From positions 9,549 through 73,548 of the forward strand of contig CAXHJY010001527.1 in NCBI GenBank assembly GCA_964016885.1: DNA of 64,000 nucleotides, given 5' to 3'. This DNA is from Eledone cirrhosa (taxonomy: Eukaryota). The notes under the pieces were generated by a model. That model did no database searches. It was not told the DNA's origin and saw nothing but the letters and a program-made list of their open reading frames with translations. Positions 1-15,851 of the stretch are shown here, piece after piece. Numbering within the stretch: the first letter of the stretch is position 1; every line of letters begins with the position of its first letter. Both the position numbers and the translations under genes were made by a program.

Positions 1-1588
1 CCCTAACCCTAACCCTAACCCTAACCCCAACCCAACCCTAACCCTAACCCTAACCCTAACCCTAAACCTAACACTAACCCTAACACTAACCCTAACCCTA
101 ACCCCAACCCCAACCCTAACCCTAACACTAACCCTAACCCTAACTCCAACCCTAACCCTAACCCTAACCTTAACCTCAACCCTAAACCCAACTCTAACCC
201 TAACCCTAACCCCAACTCTAACCCTAACCCTAATCCCAACTCTAACCCTAACCCTAACCCCAACCCTAACCCTAACCCTAACCCCAACTCTAACCCTAAC
301 CCTAACCCCAACACTAACCCCAACTCTAACCCTAACCCCAACTCCAACTCCAACCCTAACCCTAACCCCAACTCTAACCCTAACCCCAACACTAACCCCA
401 ACTCTAACTCCAACCCTAACCCCAACTCCAACCCTAACCCTAACCCTAACCCTAACCCCAACACTAACCCCAACTCCAACCCTAACCCTAACCCTAACCC
501 TAACCCCAACTCTAACCCTAACCCCAACTCCAACCCTAACCCTAACCCCAACTCCAACCCTAACCCTAACCCTAACCCTAACCCCAACCCTAACCCTAAC
601 CCCAACTCTAACCCTAACCCTAACCCCAACTCCAACCCTAACCCTAACCCTAACCCCAACTCTAACTCTAACCCTAACCCCAACTCCAACCCTAACCCTA
701 ACCTAACCCTAACCCCAACTCTAACCCTAACCCCAACTCTAACCCTAACCCTAACCCCAACTCTAACCCTAACCCTAACCCCAACCCTAACCCTAACCCC
801 AACCCTAACCCTAACCCTAACCCCAACTCTAACCCTAAACCTAACCCCAACTCTAACCCCAACCCTAACCCTAACCCCAACTCTAACCCTAACCCTAACC
901 CTAACCCTAACCCCAACTCTAACCCTAACCCTAACCCTAACCCTAACCCCAACTCTAACCCCAACCCTAACCCTAACCCTAACCCCAACTCTAACCCTAA
1001 CCCTAACCCTAACCCTAACCCTAACCCCAACTCTAACCCCAACCCTAACCCTAACCCCAACCCCAACTCTAACCCCAACCCTAACCCTAACCCTAACCCC
1101 AACCCTAACCCTAACCCTAACCCCAACTCTAACCCCAACCCTAACCCCAACCCTAACCCTAACCCTAACCCCAACCCTAACCCTAACCCTAACCCCAACT
1201 CTAACCCCAACCCTAACCCTAACCCTAACCCCAACTCTAAACCTAACCCTAACCCCAACCCCAACCCTAACCCTAACCCCAACCCTAACCCTAACCCTAA
1301 CCCTAACCCCAACTCTAAACCTAACCCCAACACTAACCCCAACCCTAACCCTAACCCCAACCCTAACCCTAACCCTAACCCCAACTCTAACCCTAACCCC
1401 AACACTAACCCCAACCCTAACCCTAACTCTAACCCCAACCCTAACCCCAACCCTAACCCTAACCCTAACCCCAACCCTAACCCTAACCCTAACCCCAACT
1501 CTAACCCCAACCCTAACCCTAACCCCAACCCTAACCCTAACCCCAACTCTAACCCTAACCCCAACTCTAACCCTAACCCTAACCCTAA
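1..1588 (-). repeat. Telomeric array (TTAGGG)n, C-rich strand on +, heavily interspersed with variant hexamers
   Basis: Continuous CCCTAA repeats from base 1 with CCCCAA, CTCTAA, CTCCAA and CACTAA variants; orientation as expected for a left chromosome end. Confidence 0.95.
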
Positions 1589-1630
1589 CTTACACAAGAG
1601 ATATAATTAGATTAATTAAAGTTATAATGG

Positions 1631-1771
1631 TTTCTTATTTAGGCACAAGGCCTGCAATTTGGGGGGAGGGGAAAATCGATTAAATCGACCTCAGTGCGTG
1701 ACTGGTACTTTATTTTATCGACCGCGTAAGGATGAAAGGCAAAGTTAACCTCGGCAGGATTTGAACTCAGA
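1631..1771 (-). mobile_element. tRNA-type SINE fragment
   Basis: Minus strand reads gagttcaaatcc (B-box-like)...aactttgcctttcatcc...tcgataaaataaagtaccagt...ggccttgtgcc; related fragments at ~51058-51125 and ~51953-52020. Confidence 0.7.
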
Positions 1772-1945
1772 CCAAATAATGATTCCATTTATTGGCCACA
1801 AGGGCCGACTCTCAGACCAAATAATAAAGACAGTCATGATAACAATAACCTGAAATATAGGATTACGTCGAGTGCTCTCCCTAATATTACATCAAGGTTG
1901 ACTATACGGAATGACCAGTTCTATCCAGTGGTGAGCCAACAAACC

Positions 1946-2017
<72 letters not shown>

Positions 2018-2126
2018 AGAGGGAGAATGATATTCTGACGGTCTTCCAGTTTATTCCGAAGTCTGTACAAAAGATTTACTGTTGATTGTATAACTAAACT
2101 TTGAAGATTTAAAGATAAAAAAACTA

Positions 2127-2975
2127 AGTTGTAATGGATAATATCACTGCTATTTCTAGCAGTTAGAGAGACTACGTAGAGGTTTTCTTATTGATGTATA
2201 ATTGATATTTTACTGAGTGATACTTTCTGACTTACAATCAATTAAATACGATTGGAACTGTGTCTGAAGGTATTAAATTATATCAGGGACTTTTAACGCA
2301 TGACACCGGTACGAGAGTTGATACATTCCGAACGTCACCGAGTACCTGCTGTCTTCATTATAACTTTAATTAATCTAATTATATCTTGTGTAACAATTAT
2401 ATATATATATATATACACAATTTTAATTCCCCGACACCAGTCTTACACTGTCATATCTATTCTTACTTTACAATTGTGTCTACTAAGAGTTCCATTACAA
2501 TCTGTAGTAGTAAAACTACTATTTCACCAGAACATCTGCTATCAGTCATTTATAGACAATATATATATTTTAGACCACATATCAACCTAACATATATATA
2601 TTTCCTATCAAATCTGTAGCTAAAGACATAAAGTCAGCCTCACTACTTCATTCTGACAAGATATCAATTTATGACTAAAGATGAAGATGTTACACCAACG
2701 TTAATGTCGTGAAATAAAGCTGATAACATTGAAACTTCTAATTTGATAACAAAGAGATTATTTCTTTGGTTAGTAAAAACTAACAACACAACACATTGAT
2801 TATATCTGAAGGAGGTAAGTTGACAAAGATTTACTTAATGTCTATATTAATGTGTGTAAATAATATAATTATGTGACCTTACAACGATCCAGTAATTAAC
2901 CAGATTCCACTGTTACATGTGATATAAAATATATTGTTATCATGACTGTCTTTATTATTTAAATTACCTCCGTCT
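2127..2975 (+). promoter_or_regulatory. Block A copy 1: putative promoter/5'UTR exons of the + strand ZNF gene
   Basis: Four-copy non-TE block; candidate acceptor ...tctgtag| at 2619 and strong donor GAG|GTAAGT at 2815; function inferred. Confidence 0.45.
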
Positions 2976-3784
2976 ATTTAATTATGTGGTTCACTACCTT
3001 ACATTATAAAATATAGTTTATATTTAACTGTACCTTGTTATTGCTTTAAGTAAATTGTAGTGGTTGTGTATAATGGTGAAATATTGATTAAGGGATGTGT
3101 ATGCCGGAAAAATGAACAAGTAGGTGTATGGATTCATTATAGAAATAATTTATTTCACTGGAACTTAATTTGTGGTTATGTACACATCATGCTTTACTAC
3201 ATACACAAATGTTAATGTTGACAACTGCTTCGAGCTGTTAGAAAATAGAATCAGGATACATTTGTGGAACTGGTGTGTTAGAATGAATATGTTTGTGTGA
3301 GTGTGTGTGTGTAGTTCATCTGACACAGTAGGTATCTCTGTGTGTTGTCAGACCAGCTTTCTATCCTGGGTTTCCCTTGACTCTCATATATATAATGTTG
3401 CGGTGGCTAGAATGATAGACATACAGCAACAGGGTTTCTACGTCCTTCGGTCAATTTGACTTTGGCTTGATCTAGCTGAGGTCGTAGGTCAAAGGGAGGC
3501 GATCAATCACTTTTTGACAGGACAAAGAAAAAACCTTTCTTTGGCGCCTGTCGTCGTGATTTTGAACAGCGAGAATTCTTAGATTCGGTTTCGAATCTAG
3601 GCTTGGAGAAGGAAGTGTTATTTGTTACAAAATTAAAGATATCTTTATTATTTAAATTACCTCCGTCTATTTAATTATGTGGTTCACTACCTTACATTAT
3701 AAGATATATTTTATATTTAGTTGTACCTTGTTGTTTCAGGGAAGTTTTGTTCGTTTTAGTCTAAATCTATCTTGATTTAATTTA

Positions 3785-5100
3785 CTTCATCTACATCATC
3801 ATAGTTTTACGTCCGTTTTTTAATCCTGGCATGGGTTGGATGGGTCCTTTTAAGCACAACATCTCCCCACTCGCTTGTTCCTTCGTCATCTGTGAGTCTC
3901 AGCAATTTGAGATCAGCTCTCACCACATCTACCCTGGTCTCCCTCTAGTATGGCTTCCCTCCTCTGGTTTTCCGTGGCACTTCTTTAACCAGTGATTACC
4001 AATTTCTTCCTCATTTTATCCAAGCTATGCCTTCCTCTCACATTTACGTTGCACACCCAACAAAGCATGGTTGCTCTATTTCTCTCCAGCTTATGCATGT
4101 CTTCTGCAGTTACTGCCCATGTTTCACTTCCATGCAATATTGCACTTTACACACAGGCATTGTACAGCCAACATCTTTGTACGTAGGGAGAAACTTTATT
4201 TGCCAACAGTGTAAGTAGCTCTCTAAACTTCAATCCTATCCTCTCTTATGAGGCACCCTCCTCTGCTGCTAATTAGGTTACCTAGATAGCGGAAGCTATC
4301 ATTGTGTACAGTTTATTCCTACTTCTTTCCTACATATGCAGTAGGGTCGCTTATTCTCTAGTTCTTTTATGGATTCAGCTATAAGGACCTGATCATTCAC
4401 ATAGACTGTTTCCCATGAACAGCCAGTCTTAAATCCATTGGTTATGGCCTGGAGAACTATGATGAACAGCAGTGGGTTGTGAACTGAACCATGATGAACA
4501 CCTACCTGTACATTGAATTCTTCACTAAACTCCCTTCCTACTCTCGCTTTACTGACAGCTCCTCTGTACATGGCTTGCACTGCTCTCATAAGCCATTCTC
4601 CACCTAATTTTCTGAAGGACCACCAGATAATAGAGTAAGGTACTCTGTCAAAGGCCTTTTCTAGATCTAGGATATTCTCTTGTAGTTGTGTCACTAACAA
4701 GTTTCATCAGTAATTCCAAAGATAATGTCAATTATATGTGTATGTGTGTTGAACAATGAACATAAAACAAAAGTCTAAGATTGCTTCTTAATTTATTCTC
4801 TACATTCATCAATCTCTCATAGTAACATTTCTAGGCCTCTTTCTTTTGAGCATCAGTGGTGCTACGTGTACCAGTGTCATTTTTAACACACCTTTCCCTG
4901 TCTTGCAATGTGGAACACTTCACACCTCTCATTCTCATGTCTCAATACGTTGACAAACTTTCTTTTTTCAGCCTCTCTCTGTGTTATGTATACCTGTCTT
5001 CTAGCTTCTCTCTTAGCTACCTGGTCCTGGTCTGACGCCCCTATTTTTCCAGTCTTTCCATGCCTGTCACTTGTCTTTAACCCTTTATCATTTAAACTGG
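3785..5100 (-). mobile_element. Decayed, internally deleted RTE LINE fragments
   Basis: DLEKAFDRVP, QVGVHHGSVHNP, GCSWE remnants; (TGA)n-like tail at ~3785; mirrored at ~45660-46800. Confidence 0.85.
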
Positions 5101-5857
5101 CCATATCCAGCCAGAATTCTCTCACTTCTTTCTGTTCAAACCAGCTGTAACTCGCTGCTCATATTGATGTTAATGTATTGTCCTCAAAATAAGTAATATC
5201 AAAGTCTCATAGATTCAATATTATGTGAGATAAAGACTTTACCATGAAAATATAATAGTAAATATAGAGTAATGTAAATGCTACAGGGTTAATAGCTCTA
5301 TCTACTGTGCTGTTTCACCACTATGTCTCCCTCTGTCTGGCTGGTACTTTGTTCCAGCCACAAGTCTTATCAATTATTCCAAAGAAATTGTCAATTATAT
5401 ATGTGTGTTTGTGGGTATTGAACATTGAAAATAAAACAAAAGTCTGAGATATGGTTCATTGTTTTACAATCGTTTCAGAGGGTTGATTGATCATGGTAAC
5501 TCAATATATTGATACGGTGTGATTGATCAGGGATTTTGAGACTAGAAATAGTTAGTGACATAACAACTACCTGTTTGTCAATATATCAATCAACCATGAT
5601 CAATCAAACCTCTGAAATGATCGTAAAACAATGAACTAATTAAGAACATATCTTTGTCTCTAGTTTTATTTTTATTGTTCAAAACACACACATATATATA
5701 AATGACTCTGTAACTCTAGAAGAATCTTTGAAGGAACCTTATGTGATGAGATCCTACTACAAAAACTATAACTTTCATCACCCAATCTTGTTGAAACCAT
5801 CTCTTCAAGGCTGCAATGTGTTCTAACAATGTTATCTTGAATACTAGTATATATATA

Positions 5858-7335
5858 TCATCATTTTACGTCTGTTTTTCCCTGCTTGCAAGGGTGGGAC
5901 GGGTCCTATTCAGCACAGCATCTCTCCACTTGTCATCTCCTTGGTGAGTTTCACCGATCTGAGGTCTTCTCTCACCACCTCCGCCCATGTTTTACATGGT
6001 CTATCTCTTATGCATCTTCCTACTACTGGGATTATTTGGCACTTCTTTACCCAGTGGTCACATGTCTATACCATCTCAGTCTTCTCTCTTGCACACCACA
6101 ACCTATCCCTCTTATACCCAGTTTCTTTCTCAACTCGTCTATGCTTGGTCGTTCACACACATTGATATTGCACATCCAACGGAGCATGCTTGCTTCTCTC
6201 CAGCCGTCACATATCCTTTGCAGTTGCTGCCCATGTCTTACTACCATGCAGCATCACACATCGGCATCATATAACCATCCTTTCGTATGCAGGGACAAAC
6301 CCTTCTTTGTCAACAGAGAAAGCAGCTCATTAAACTTCTTCCAACTCGTCCTTATTCTAGATACTATGGCCTCGGAACACCCCTCCCATGCTAATCTGAT
6401 CACCTAGGTCCCGGAAGCTATCAACCACATCTCTAGAACCTACCTGTATTTGAAAAATGTGTTTATCACTGCGATTACTACTGCCAACTTTCCCTATACA
6501 TCTACTGCATACATAGTTATCCCTACCTGTTTGTTTGCCTGCTATCCCACTACATCTCTTGTGTACCCAACATCTGCATTGCGTACATTTTATGGAATTT
6601 ATGCCAGTTCCTTTCCCACATATCGAACATGGCCATTTCCACGATTGAATCAGAGTTTTGTCCTCTTTTCTACTCATCAACACTTTTGTTTAAGCTATGT
6701 TCACTCTCAGGCCTCTTGATTCCAACTGCTGTTTCCATAGCCAGAATTTATTCTCTAGCTCCTCTACTGATTCAATGATTCTGCTATAAGAACCAGATCA
6801 TCAGCATAGAGAAGTTCCCATGGGCATCCAGTCTTAAACTCCTCTGTTATGGCTTTTAGGCCTATAACGAACAAGAGTGGGCTGAGGACCGAACCTTGAC
6901 ATACACCTACTTGTATCTGGAATTCCTCACTAAACTCCATTCCTACCCTCACTTTACTGACAGCACATCTGTACATAGCTAGCACTGTCCTCACAAGCCA
7001 TTCCTCTACACCTAGTTTCCTTAGGGACCACCAGATGACAGATCAGGGTACCCTATCAAAGGCCCTCTCTAGGTCAACAAAAGATATGTATAGTGACTTA
7101 TTCTTCTCTAAGAACCTCTCTTGTAGTTGCCTCACTATGAAGAGGGCTTCTGTTGTACTTTTCCGAGGCACAAAACCAAACTGCATCTCATCTAAATTGA
7201 CCCTTTCTCTAATCAGCTGCGCTAATATTCTCTCTGCCACTTTCATAACCTGATCCATCAGCTTTATGCCCCTATAGTTGCTGCTCTCTAGAGCATCCCC
7301 TTTACCTTTGTAGCAATTTATGAGAATACTGCTGT
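5858..7335 (-). mobile_element. 5'-truncated RTE LINE (RT, Cys-rich domain, 3' end)
   Basis: QFGFVP, FVDLERAFD, QGSVLSP, YADD, WPCSICGKG...HKRC across broken ORFs. Confidence 0.92.
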
Positions 7336-7389
7336 ACCTACATTATATGCTTTCATTATACCATTCTATTTAGATTATATATATTGCTT

Positions 7390-7855
7390 GTCATCATCAT
7401 CATCGTTTAACGTCTACCTTCCACGCTGGCATGGGTTTAGACGGGAATTGTCCCACTTGAGGCAAGATTGGTCGGGTGACCGTATCTCACTTCTATAGGA
7501 CTAGATGGCAGGTTTTCTATGGCTAGCTATCCTTCCTAACAACAACCACGTTTACAGTGTGGACTGGGAGGTTTTTACCATGTTACCTACACGGCCACAT
7601 TACAGCGTGGACTGTGTGTTTTTTTGTCGTGACACCTACACAACCTCATTTATTTAGGACTGGATGTTGTGGTACCAACATAACTTTACAGAGATAGGGT
7701 GGTGTTGATGGGGTGGCCGTTGGGTAGTGGGATGTGGGTGTATATTTGGTTAAGAGGTGCCTACTGACTGTAGGTTTCGCTTTGTACATAGGCAAGGCGG
7801 GTCTTCTGTATTACTGAGTAGCGCCAAAGATCTCGGTCCACTGACATTGTCTTAA
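7390..7855 (-). mobile_element. RTE 3' UTR/tail fragment, same family as the full-length copy
   Basis: (TCA)n tail and similarity to 28371-28945. Confidence 0.85.
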
Positions 7856-7881
7856 TGTATATATATATACATATACACACA

Positions 7882-7920
<39 letters not shown>

Positions 7921-8151
7921 TAAACTGTTCGTATACACACATTATTCAACCTGCCCTTTGTTTTGAAGAAAAAGCCTTTAGTATGTTGCCATGGTAGTAG
8001 CATCCTGAACCTTTTCCATTTCATGTTCACTCAGGCTGCTCTACTTTCAGAACACCCACTTCCACTGATGATATCATCACCCAGGTAACAGAAGCTGTCT
8101 ACCTCTTCTATGTGACCCTCCAACAGTTTGTTAGAGCTTGTTTCCTGTGAA

Positions 8152-8372
8152 GGTGTGTGGCTGAGTGGTTAAAGAATTGGATTCGCAATCGTGAGGTTGT
8201 GAGTTCGATTCACTGACCGGGTGATGTGTTATGTCCTTGAGCAAGACATTTTATTTCACATTGCTCCTTCTACCTGGAGTTGTGACTGATAGGTAGTATT
8301 AGCAATTGGAAAGACCAATGGAAACATTGTTTCCTCGGTCCGATTTGACGAAAGTCAATCGTTGCTTCCTGT
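8152..8372 (+). mobile_element. tRNA-derived SINE
   Basis: A box TGGCTGAGTGG, B box GTTCGATTC, body tccttgagcaagacattttatttcac; mirrored at ~27870-28080. Confidence 0.85.
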
Positions 8373-9322
8373 GAATGTTTGCTGCTTACTGCTCCTGTGC
8401 ACTGGCCACGTGTAAAACCTATATTCTTAGCTAACCTACCTGAGATCCCACTACATCTCTTGTGTACCCATTGTTTGTATTTTTGACAGAGAATGGAATT
8501 TCTACCTACACCTTTCTAGCACACAGAGCAAGGCCATTTTTCTGAGGGTATCAGGGCCCTGTTTTCCCTTCTACTGATAATTGGCTGGCTAACCCAGACA
8601 TAGTCCTAAACAAATGAAACACTGGTGGAGTCGTAGGGGTACACTAAGTGACATACAGTATTTCTCGGGCATATTTTAAAACCTGATGGAGCCCATCACC
8701 TCTCTCGTTTGAACAGAATTGAGATCTGAATAAAACTTCAAGTGAAATCTGATATTGTATGGATTCATATAGACTCGTAACTCCTGGTCTAAAAAAAAAA
8801 AAGTAAGATAAAGATATAGAGGAACAATTGACTCCAACTAATAAAAAGATGGAAGTTAAACTGGTGTTGACATGTCACCAGGAGAGGAGATAATAGCTAT
8901 ATTAGAGAGTCCTATCAGAATGAATTTTTCACTAAACTGCCATAGAGCAGACCTCTCTAAAGATAGAAGGATGACATTTATAGAGCATGCTGGAATACTA
9001 CTGTTTGCATTGGAGAGAATTACTCTGGACAGGAAAGTTGATATCTACAGTTTACCAATATAGAAATATAAAATTTCCACTGTTAAATCTATTTCTGCTT
9101 CTTAAGTATTCTGTATTATCTCATACTGTTTCTTTCTTATTTCAGAATACCAGATGACATTGGGATAAATTATTATTTTCAATCTGGAATACATCACCTC
9201 TATTTATCATCATTTGAAGACTATTAACTGAAATCACAGTTGAGGGAAATATAGAAGATATATTTTTTAAGAATATAATGTAAAAAATATTACAAGTATA
9301 TTCTGTTGGAGATAAAATTATT

Positions 9323-11508
<2,186 letters not shown>

Positions 11509-11899
11509 TGCATTGACATCAGAGATAAATCCTCTCAAAATTGTGAATTAATGAGAATACAAATATATATCAGTGTAATATCTATGGTAAATCATTCTCT
11601 TTCAATGTTACATTAACTTCACACAAACATATACAGGTGGGAAGCCATATCACTTTGATATGTTTGGAAAATATATCTTTTAATGCAGCAATTTAACTAA
11701 ATATATGCATAGATGAGGGAAACCATATCATCATCATCATCATCATTTTACATCCACTTTTCCCTGCTTGCAAGGGTGGGATGGGTCCTATTCAGCAAAG
11801 CATCTCTTCACTTGTCACGGTTCTTCGTCATCTCCACCGTGAGCTTCAAAGGTCTGCTCTCGCCACCTCCACCCATGTAAATAAATTTCTAATTTTGGT

Positions 11900-12230
11900 T
11901 TCACTAAACACTAACATATAGGAGAGGAACCATATCACTGTGATGTCTGTGATAAATCCTTCTCTAAATGTTGTGGCTTCCCTACACACTAACATATACA
12001 GGAGAGGAACCATATCACTGTGATGTCTGGTAAATCCTTCTCTAAATGTTGTGGCTTCCCTACACACTAACATACAGGAGAGGAACCATATCACTGTGAT
12101 GTCTGTGGTAAATCCTTCTCTATATGTTGTGGCTTCCCTACACACTAACATACAGGAGAGGAACCATATCACTGTGGTGTCTGTGGTAAATAATTCTCTT
12201 GTAAAGGTTTACTTGATGCAACACAAACAC
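11900..12230 (+). repeat. ~78-bp tandem repeats derived from decayed zinc-finger units
   Basis: aggagaggaaccatatcactgtgatgtctgtggtaaat repeated 4 times; mirrored at ~24500-24730. Confidence 0.75.
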
Positions 12231-12515
12231 AATCAGACAACATAAAAACCATGTCACTCACCCAAAATAGTGCCACCAATGTTGTTAATATCTTGAATAA
12301 AACTGTTTCACTAAGAAATTATTCTCCTTTCATTTCATTTGTAGAAGTTTTAACCAAGACTTGTGCTGACAAAACTGTATTGTTCAGAATTGACATACGT
12401 TATATATATGTGAATGTATGTGTGTAGAAATTTGTATATGTTTGTATCTGTGTTTGTATATAAGTATGTGCATATCTGTATTTGATTTATTTATTATGTA
12501 TGTGTGTATATATAC

Positions 12516-13025
12516 GTCATCTTCATCGACATCATCACTGTTTTTATGTCTGTTTTTCTATGCTTCCTTGGGTTGGACATGTCCTTTTCAACTTGTCGTG
12601 TTCCTTTTCATCTCCTCTGTGAGAGTCAGTCATTTGAAGTCAGTTCACACAGTCTCTGTCCAGGTCTTTCTTGGTCTACCTCTACTATGGCTTCCTTCTA
12701 TTGGGATGTCCTGGCACTTCTTCACCCAGCTGTCATTATCCATGTGTATCACATGTCAGTACCAATGCAGTCTTCTCTCTTACACATCTCTTAAGTTCCC
12801 TCTTAAACCCAGCTTCTCCCTCAACTTGTCCAAGCTCTGCCTTTCTCTCACACTTAAATGGCACATCCAATGAATCATGGTTGCTTCATTTCTCCCCAGT
12901 CTACACTTTATTTCTGCTGTCACAGCCCTATTTTCACTACCATGCAGCATCATATTTTATTGGCAGGTGTTATACCGTCATCCTCCACTGCTAATTAAGT
13001 CACAGAAGCTATCAACCACTTCTAT
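12516..13025 (-). mobile_element. RTE 3' fragment
   Basis: Remnants of MLHGSE, RRLHWYGHV, RGRPRKTW; mirrored at ~23355-23870. Confidence 0.8.
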
Positions 13026-13204
13026 GTGTGTATAATTACTTGTGTATCTTTATGTGTCTGTGTATATATGTGTATAGATCTGCATAGATTTGCAGTATAT
13101 GATACAGCCGGGAAAACATCTCATATTATCTGGGTCCTTCTAGTAGATCCAGCAAGTGACACATATATATATATGTATAATATATATATATACATATATA
13201 TATC

Positions 13205-13415
13205 GTCAGTCGATCGACTTTCGTCAAATTGGACCAAAGAAACAATGTTTCCATTGGTCTTTCCAATTGCTAATACTATCTATTGGTCACAACTCCAGGT
13301 AGAAGGAGCAACATGAAATAAAGTGTCTTGCTCAAGGACATAACACATCACCCGGTCCGAGAATTGAACTCACAATCTTTCAATTACAAGCCCAATGCTC
13401 TAACCACTAAGCCAT
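13205..13415 (-). mobile_element. tRNA-derived SINE
   Basis: Same family as 8152-8372; mirrored at 22955-23165. Confidence 0.8.
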
Positions 13416-13433
13416 ATATATTATATAGATATT

Positions 13434-13620
13434 ACTAGCAGAATGGCCAGGAGATCGCTAAATCACCTAATGCAGTCCCTAGGGCATTGCAAATTTGAAA
13501 TTTTTCTCCTCTAAACACTCACAGGACTATAAGTATTACATGTGTAAAATTTGAAAACAATCGGTTGGGTGGTTCTTGAGTTTTAGGGTGTCAGACAGAC
13601 ATTCTCTGTTTTAGATATAT
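13434..13620 (+). mobile_element. Helentron/HINE-like non-autonomous fragment
   Basis: actagcag start, aaatttgaaa...cggttgggtggttcttgagtttt body, cagacagac + (TA)n end; mirrored at ~22770-22937. Confidence 0.5.
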
Positions 13621-13947
13621 ATATTATATTATATGATATATTATATGTATATATATGTTATATATATATATTATATATAATATATATATATTATATATAT
13701 ATCAACCCACTCTGTAAAGTGGACATGTAGGCACCACGGAAGAAAAGTACCCAGCACTCATTGTAAATGAGGTTGGTGTTAGGAAGGGCATCCAGCTGTA
13801 GAAATCAAGCCAGAATCAGTTCCCGTATGATCAAGACAAGGTCAGCCAACCGGGCACTGCCCACATCAGGACAACCCGTCTAACCCATGCTAGCATAGAA
13901 GAATGGATGTAAAACAGTGATGATATATATATATATAAACAGTGATG

Positions 13948-13987
<40 letters not shown>

Positions 13988-14054
13988 TATATACATATAT
14001 TATTATATATATATATAATGTATATATATATCATATATTATATATGTATATATA

Positions 14055-14932
14055 CAGAGTGCGTACGATATTTGCTTGCAAGATTACTGTCTAGGAAAAA
14101 GTAACACAGTAGTTTTGTTTTTTAAGATATATTTATCAAACTTGGGTCAGTTTGTCTTCATGACTTGTTCTTTCAATCTCACTCGATAGACCCGCCATTG
14201 GATTTGATGACGGCCTCGAAACCGGCTACAGGCCTTCGTCACTGTCCCCCAACTTAGGCCCCTAAGGGCACTTGTGATCCTGGCCTTCAGATCGTCTTTC
14301 GTATTGCAGCTGGATCTGTTGGTGTCTCGTTCCACTGCGCCCCACACAAAGAAGTCGAGAGGATTGCAGTCAGACTAGCTGGGAGGCCAGATGTCAGGGG
14401 AAGTGAGGTCGACGAAGTTCTCTGACAGCCAGGCTTGGATCTTTCAGCTGGTATGGCAGGGCGCTGAGTCTTGCTGCAACACGTACGGCCTACCTGCAGC
14501 AACCTGGTCGATCCAGGGCTTTACTACCTCACTCAGAACGCGAATGTAGCCATCGGTGTTCAGCTTGAGACCCTCAGGGAAGCAGTGAGGTGGCATTACG
14601 TCACCTTGACTGCTGATGACACCTAAGACCAATGTTGTTGCTGGAAACTTTATCTGTATGACTCTAGGCACGTCTTTGGATGAGACAGCGAGCCACATGT
14701 TGTTCTGGGAGTTGATCTTCTGGTCTTATTTGTCCTCCCGGCACAGATTCCAAGAAGAACTCCATGTCTCTTCCACAAATTTGGAGGTTAAAATTATTCA
14801 TAATCAATTATTCTGAAAATAAATAATGGAAATATAGTCACTGTTTTATGAGGACAAGAGTGACAACGGAAGTAAAAAGCATTTGCATAAAATTAGCAGT
14901 TGAAAATTGCGACCAAATATCTTCCACACCTG
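14055..14932 (-). mobile_element. Internally deleted Tc1/mariner transposon, DD37D (maT) type
   Basis: TA-flanked imperfect TIRs (cagagtgcgtacgatatttgcttgcaa / caggtgtggaagatatttggtcgcaa); QQD...WPPS.SDCNPLD with 37 residues between the 2nd and 3rd Asp; stops present. Confidence 0.9.
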
Positions 14933-14943
14933 TATATATATAT

Positions 14944-14987
<44 letters not shown>

Positions 14988-15576
14988 TATACATATATAT
15001 TCATTGATGTCCTCTTCTTAAGCCTTTTTCCTGCTGATTCAATCTTATATATCGTCTTGCAGACTAAATAGAGGGTATTGTAGTGACCTACATTCCGAGG
15101 GCTCATGGATACATTCTCTGTGCGTTGTTTGACTCAGTTCAGCCAATTGTTACCAGCTTAGGAAAATGTATCTCGACTTCTGCCCAGAGGGAAAAATTCC
15201 CACAGAGATTCGAAACTCTCTCTCTTGCAGCTCGATACCGTGAAGGTAAACATCTCTTTCTTTCGTTCCTCAAGCATAGACAATATGTAGCAACAGATAT
15301 CACTACAGGTCTGGCTAACGCCTCAGCCAGTTGACCGTACGTCTTTAAATCTTTATAACCTTTTTATTGATAACATTAACTATCCTCTCAAGAGACATTA
15401 TTATAACCTTTGTAATCTGTAAATAAATTATATATAAACAATTACAAAGTCGTACGATGCTATTTTCCACAACATTGCTTTTAACATCTTCAATGGTGAC
15501 TTCCGTCATACAATACACAAAGACACACATTCTCAACACAAACATTTACTAAACGTAAGAGTTTAAAGAAATAAAA

Positions 15577-15812
15577 GTCTGTAATGGATAATTTCACTGC
15601 TATTTCTAGCAGTCAGAGGCACTACGTAGATATATAATTGATATTTTACTGAGTGATACCTTTTCATTTACTATCGATTAAATACGATTGGAACTGTGAA
15701 TGTATTAAATTATATCAGGGACTTTAACTAATGACACCGGTAAGGGAGTTAAATCATTTCCAACGACATCGAGTACCTGCTGTCTTCTTAATCTAATTAT
15801 ATCTTGTGTAAC

Positions 15813-15851
<39 letters not shown>

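Noticed and set aside
21-1597. Gly-Leu repeat ORFs (222 and 299 aa)
   Set aside because: Automatic consequence of translating TTAGGG/TTGGGG; no ATG start or gene context
8152-8225. tRNA gene
   Set aside because: No full cloverleaf; continues into a repeated SINE body
15083-15545. Short ORFs conserved in both arms (83 and 66 aa)
   Set aside because: Conservation is explained by the duplication; no recognisable domain, and an indel alters one C-terminus
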